A DNA stretch of 64,000 nucleotides, taken from assembly GCA_047967505.1 (NCBI GenBank), contig CM106538.1, one strand, 5' to 3'. The stretch is from Dipteris shenzhenensis (Eukaryota). A program made the translations under genes and the position numbers. Shown in pieces: positions 63,061-64,000 of this stretch (positions within the stretch are counted from its first letter, which is position 1; the number at the start of each line of letters is the position of its first letter). Below the pieces are notes generated by a model. It was not told where the DNA came from and searched no databases. It saw only the letters and a program-made list of their open reading frames with translations.

Positions 63061-63399
63061 GTGTCAAGTCATTTTTTGCACTTTTTGAAAAAATTGAACT
63101 TTTAGGGGGAGTGGTATCCGTTAGATACTTTTTGGGAATGGGGACCACATTAAGATATAAAGAGAGTGGACTTCTTACAAGTGGGAGAGGATAGTACACT
63201 TTTTAGGACCACCAAAGCCTAGGGCGATGTACCTTTTTAGACCCATATGGGGGAGATGGGACACTCTATAGGCCTTCTTAGTTCTTAATCCATTTTGCTA
63301 ATCCACTCATTATGAGGAGCTTTTCAAGTCTGAAATTACTCTAATGCAACGGCATTGATATTGACATCTTCTCTTTGACACTGACATCGATGCTGATAT

Positions 63400-64000
63400 C
63401 CATTTTTTTCAAAAGTTGGAAATTTTTTTCAAATGTAAATTCCATCAATAAGAGCATTGTAAAGAGGGGTCAATCTATTGTAGTCTAGTTCTGATATATC
63501 CCATCCTCAAATATATTTTAATATGCCTGGCTATCTCACCTTCTTCCTTGTGATGCCAATCCTTACAAGATAAGTGAGGTGGGCATGGTAGTCTATCATT
63601 CACACATCTGAGATCACGTTCCAATTTTGTGGGGCCTTGTTATAGGAGAGTCCCCAAGAAGGACAACCGAGTAGCTGAGGGGGAAGGGAGCAATGCGCTT
63701 GTGAAGAAGGTCCCATAATTCTTTGGAGAAAACACAGTTGAGGAACAAATGTGGAATGTCCTCCCGTTCTCTATTGCATTGTTTACACCATCCATCCCCA
63801 TGGCCAATCACCTCTATCCTAGAATTTGGCAAATCTTAGAGACCATCTATTTGCATCATCTCTCTGGAACCAAGTTTTCTTGAGTCTAGCTATCAAATCC
63901 TCCTATCCGTCATATAAAATTGTAACCGGCATTAAGTTCCATTGACCCACCCATCTAAATTCTCTTGTGGCAGGAAGTAGTCGTCCGCCTAGCCAAGGGA
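63400..64000 (-). mobile_element. LINE ORF2 C-terminal (zf-RVT) remnant
   Basis: WCKQCNREREDIPHLFLNCVFSKELW matches the CxxC..E...HLF..C......W motif. Confidence 0.8.

Larger units (their letters stand above)
46963..63265 (+). mobile_element. Candidate full DNA transposon (RAG1-like transposase plus H3-like gene, with nested Gypsy remnants)
   Basis: Three inverted blocks shared by the ends and flanking CTAT/CTAT (or TCTAT); see findings. Confidence 0.5.

Overview
Eukaryotic land-plant DNA (spliceosomal introns, plant-type WRKY and WASH-complex genes; a fern or other non-angiosperm is my guess). There are two apparently intact host genes, both on the minus strand: the first four coding exons of a WASHC4/SWIP-like gene (987-2125) and a three-exon group III (C2HC) WRKY gene (39546-42441). 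The rest is a stack of nested, mostly decayed transposons. These include two Copia remnants, a CACTA transposase split by a 7 kb TIR element, a 1.75 kb non-autonomous LTR element inside a third Copia, a 9.1 kb Gypsy inside a kinase pseudogene, a Helitron end with a captured receptor-kinase fragment, two more Gypsy remnants and a LINE end. The most striking unit is at about 47-53 kb: an intron-containing RAG1/Transib-like DDE transposase pseudogene followed directly by a divergent histone H3 pseudogene, whose long N-terminal extension carries two H3-tail-like (TKQT) motifs. Candidate bipartite inverted ends at 46963 and 63265 with a (T)CTAT duplication suggest both genes belong to one DNA transposon. 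The 9.1 kb Gypsy is also unusual, with a tRNA-His-like PBS and an extra RNase HI/zinc-knuckle ORF upstream of gag. All assignments come from manual translation and motif recall, with no database searches.
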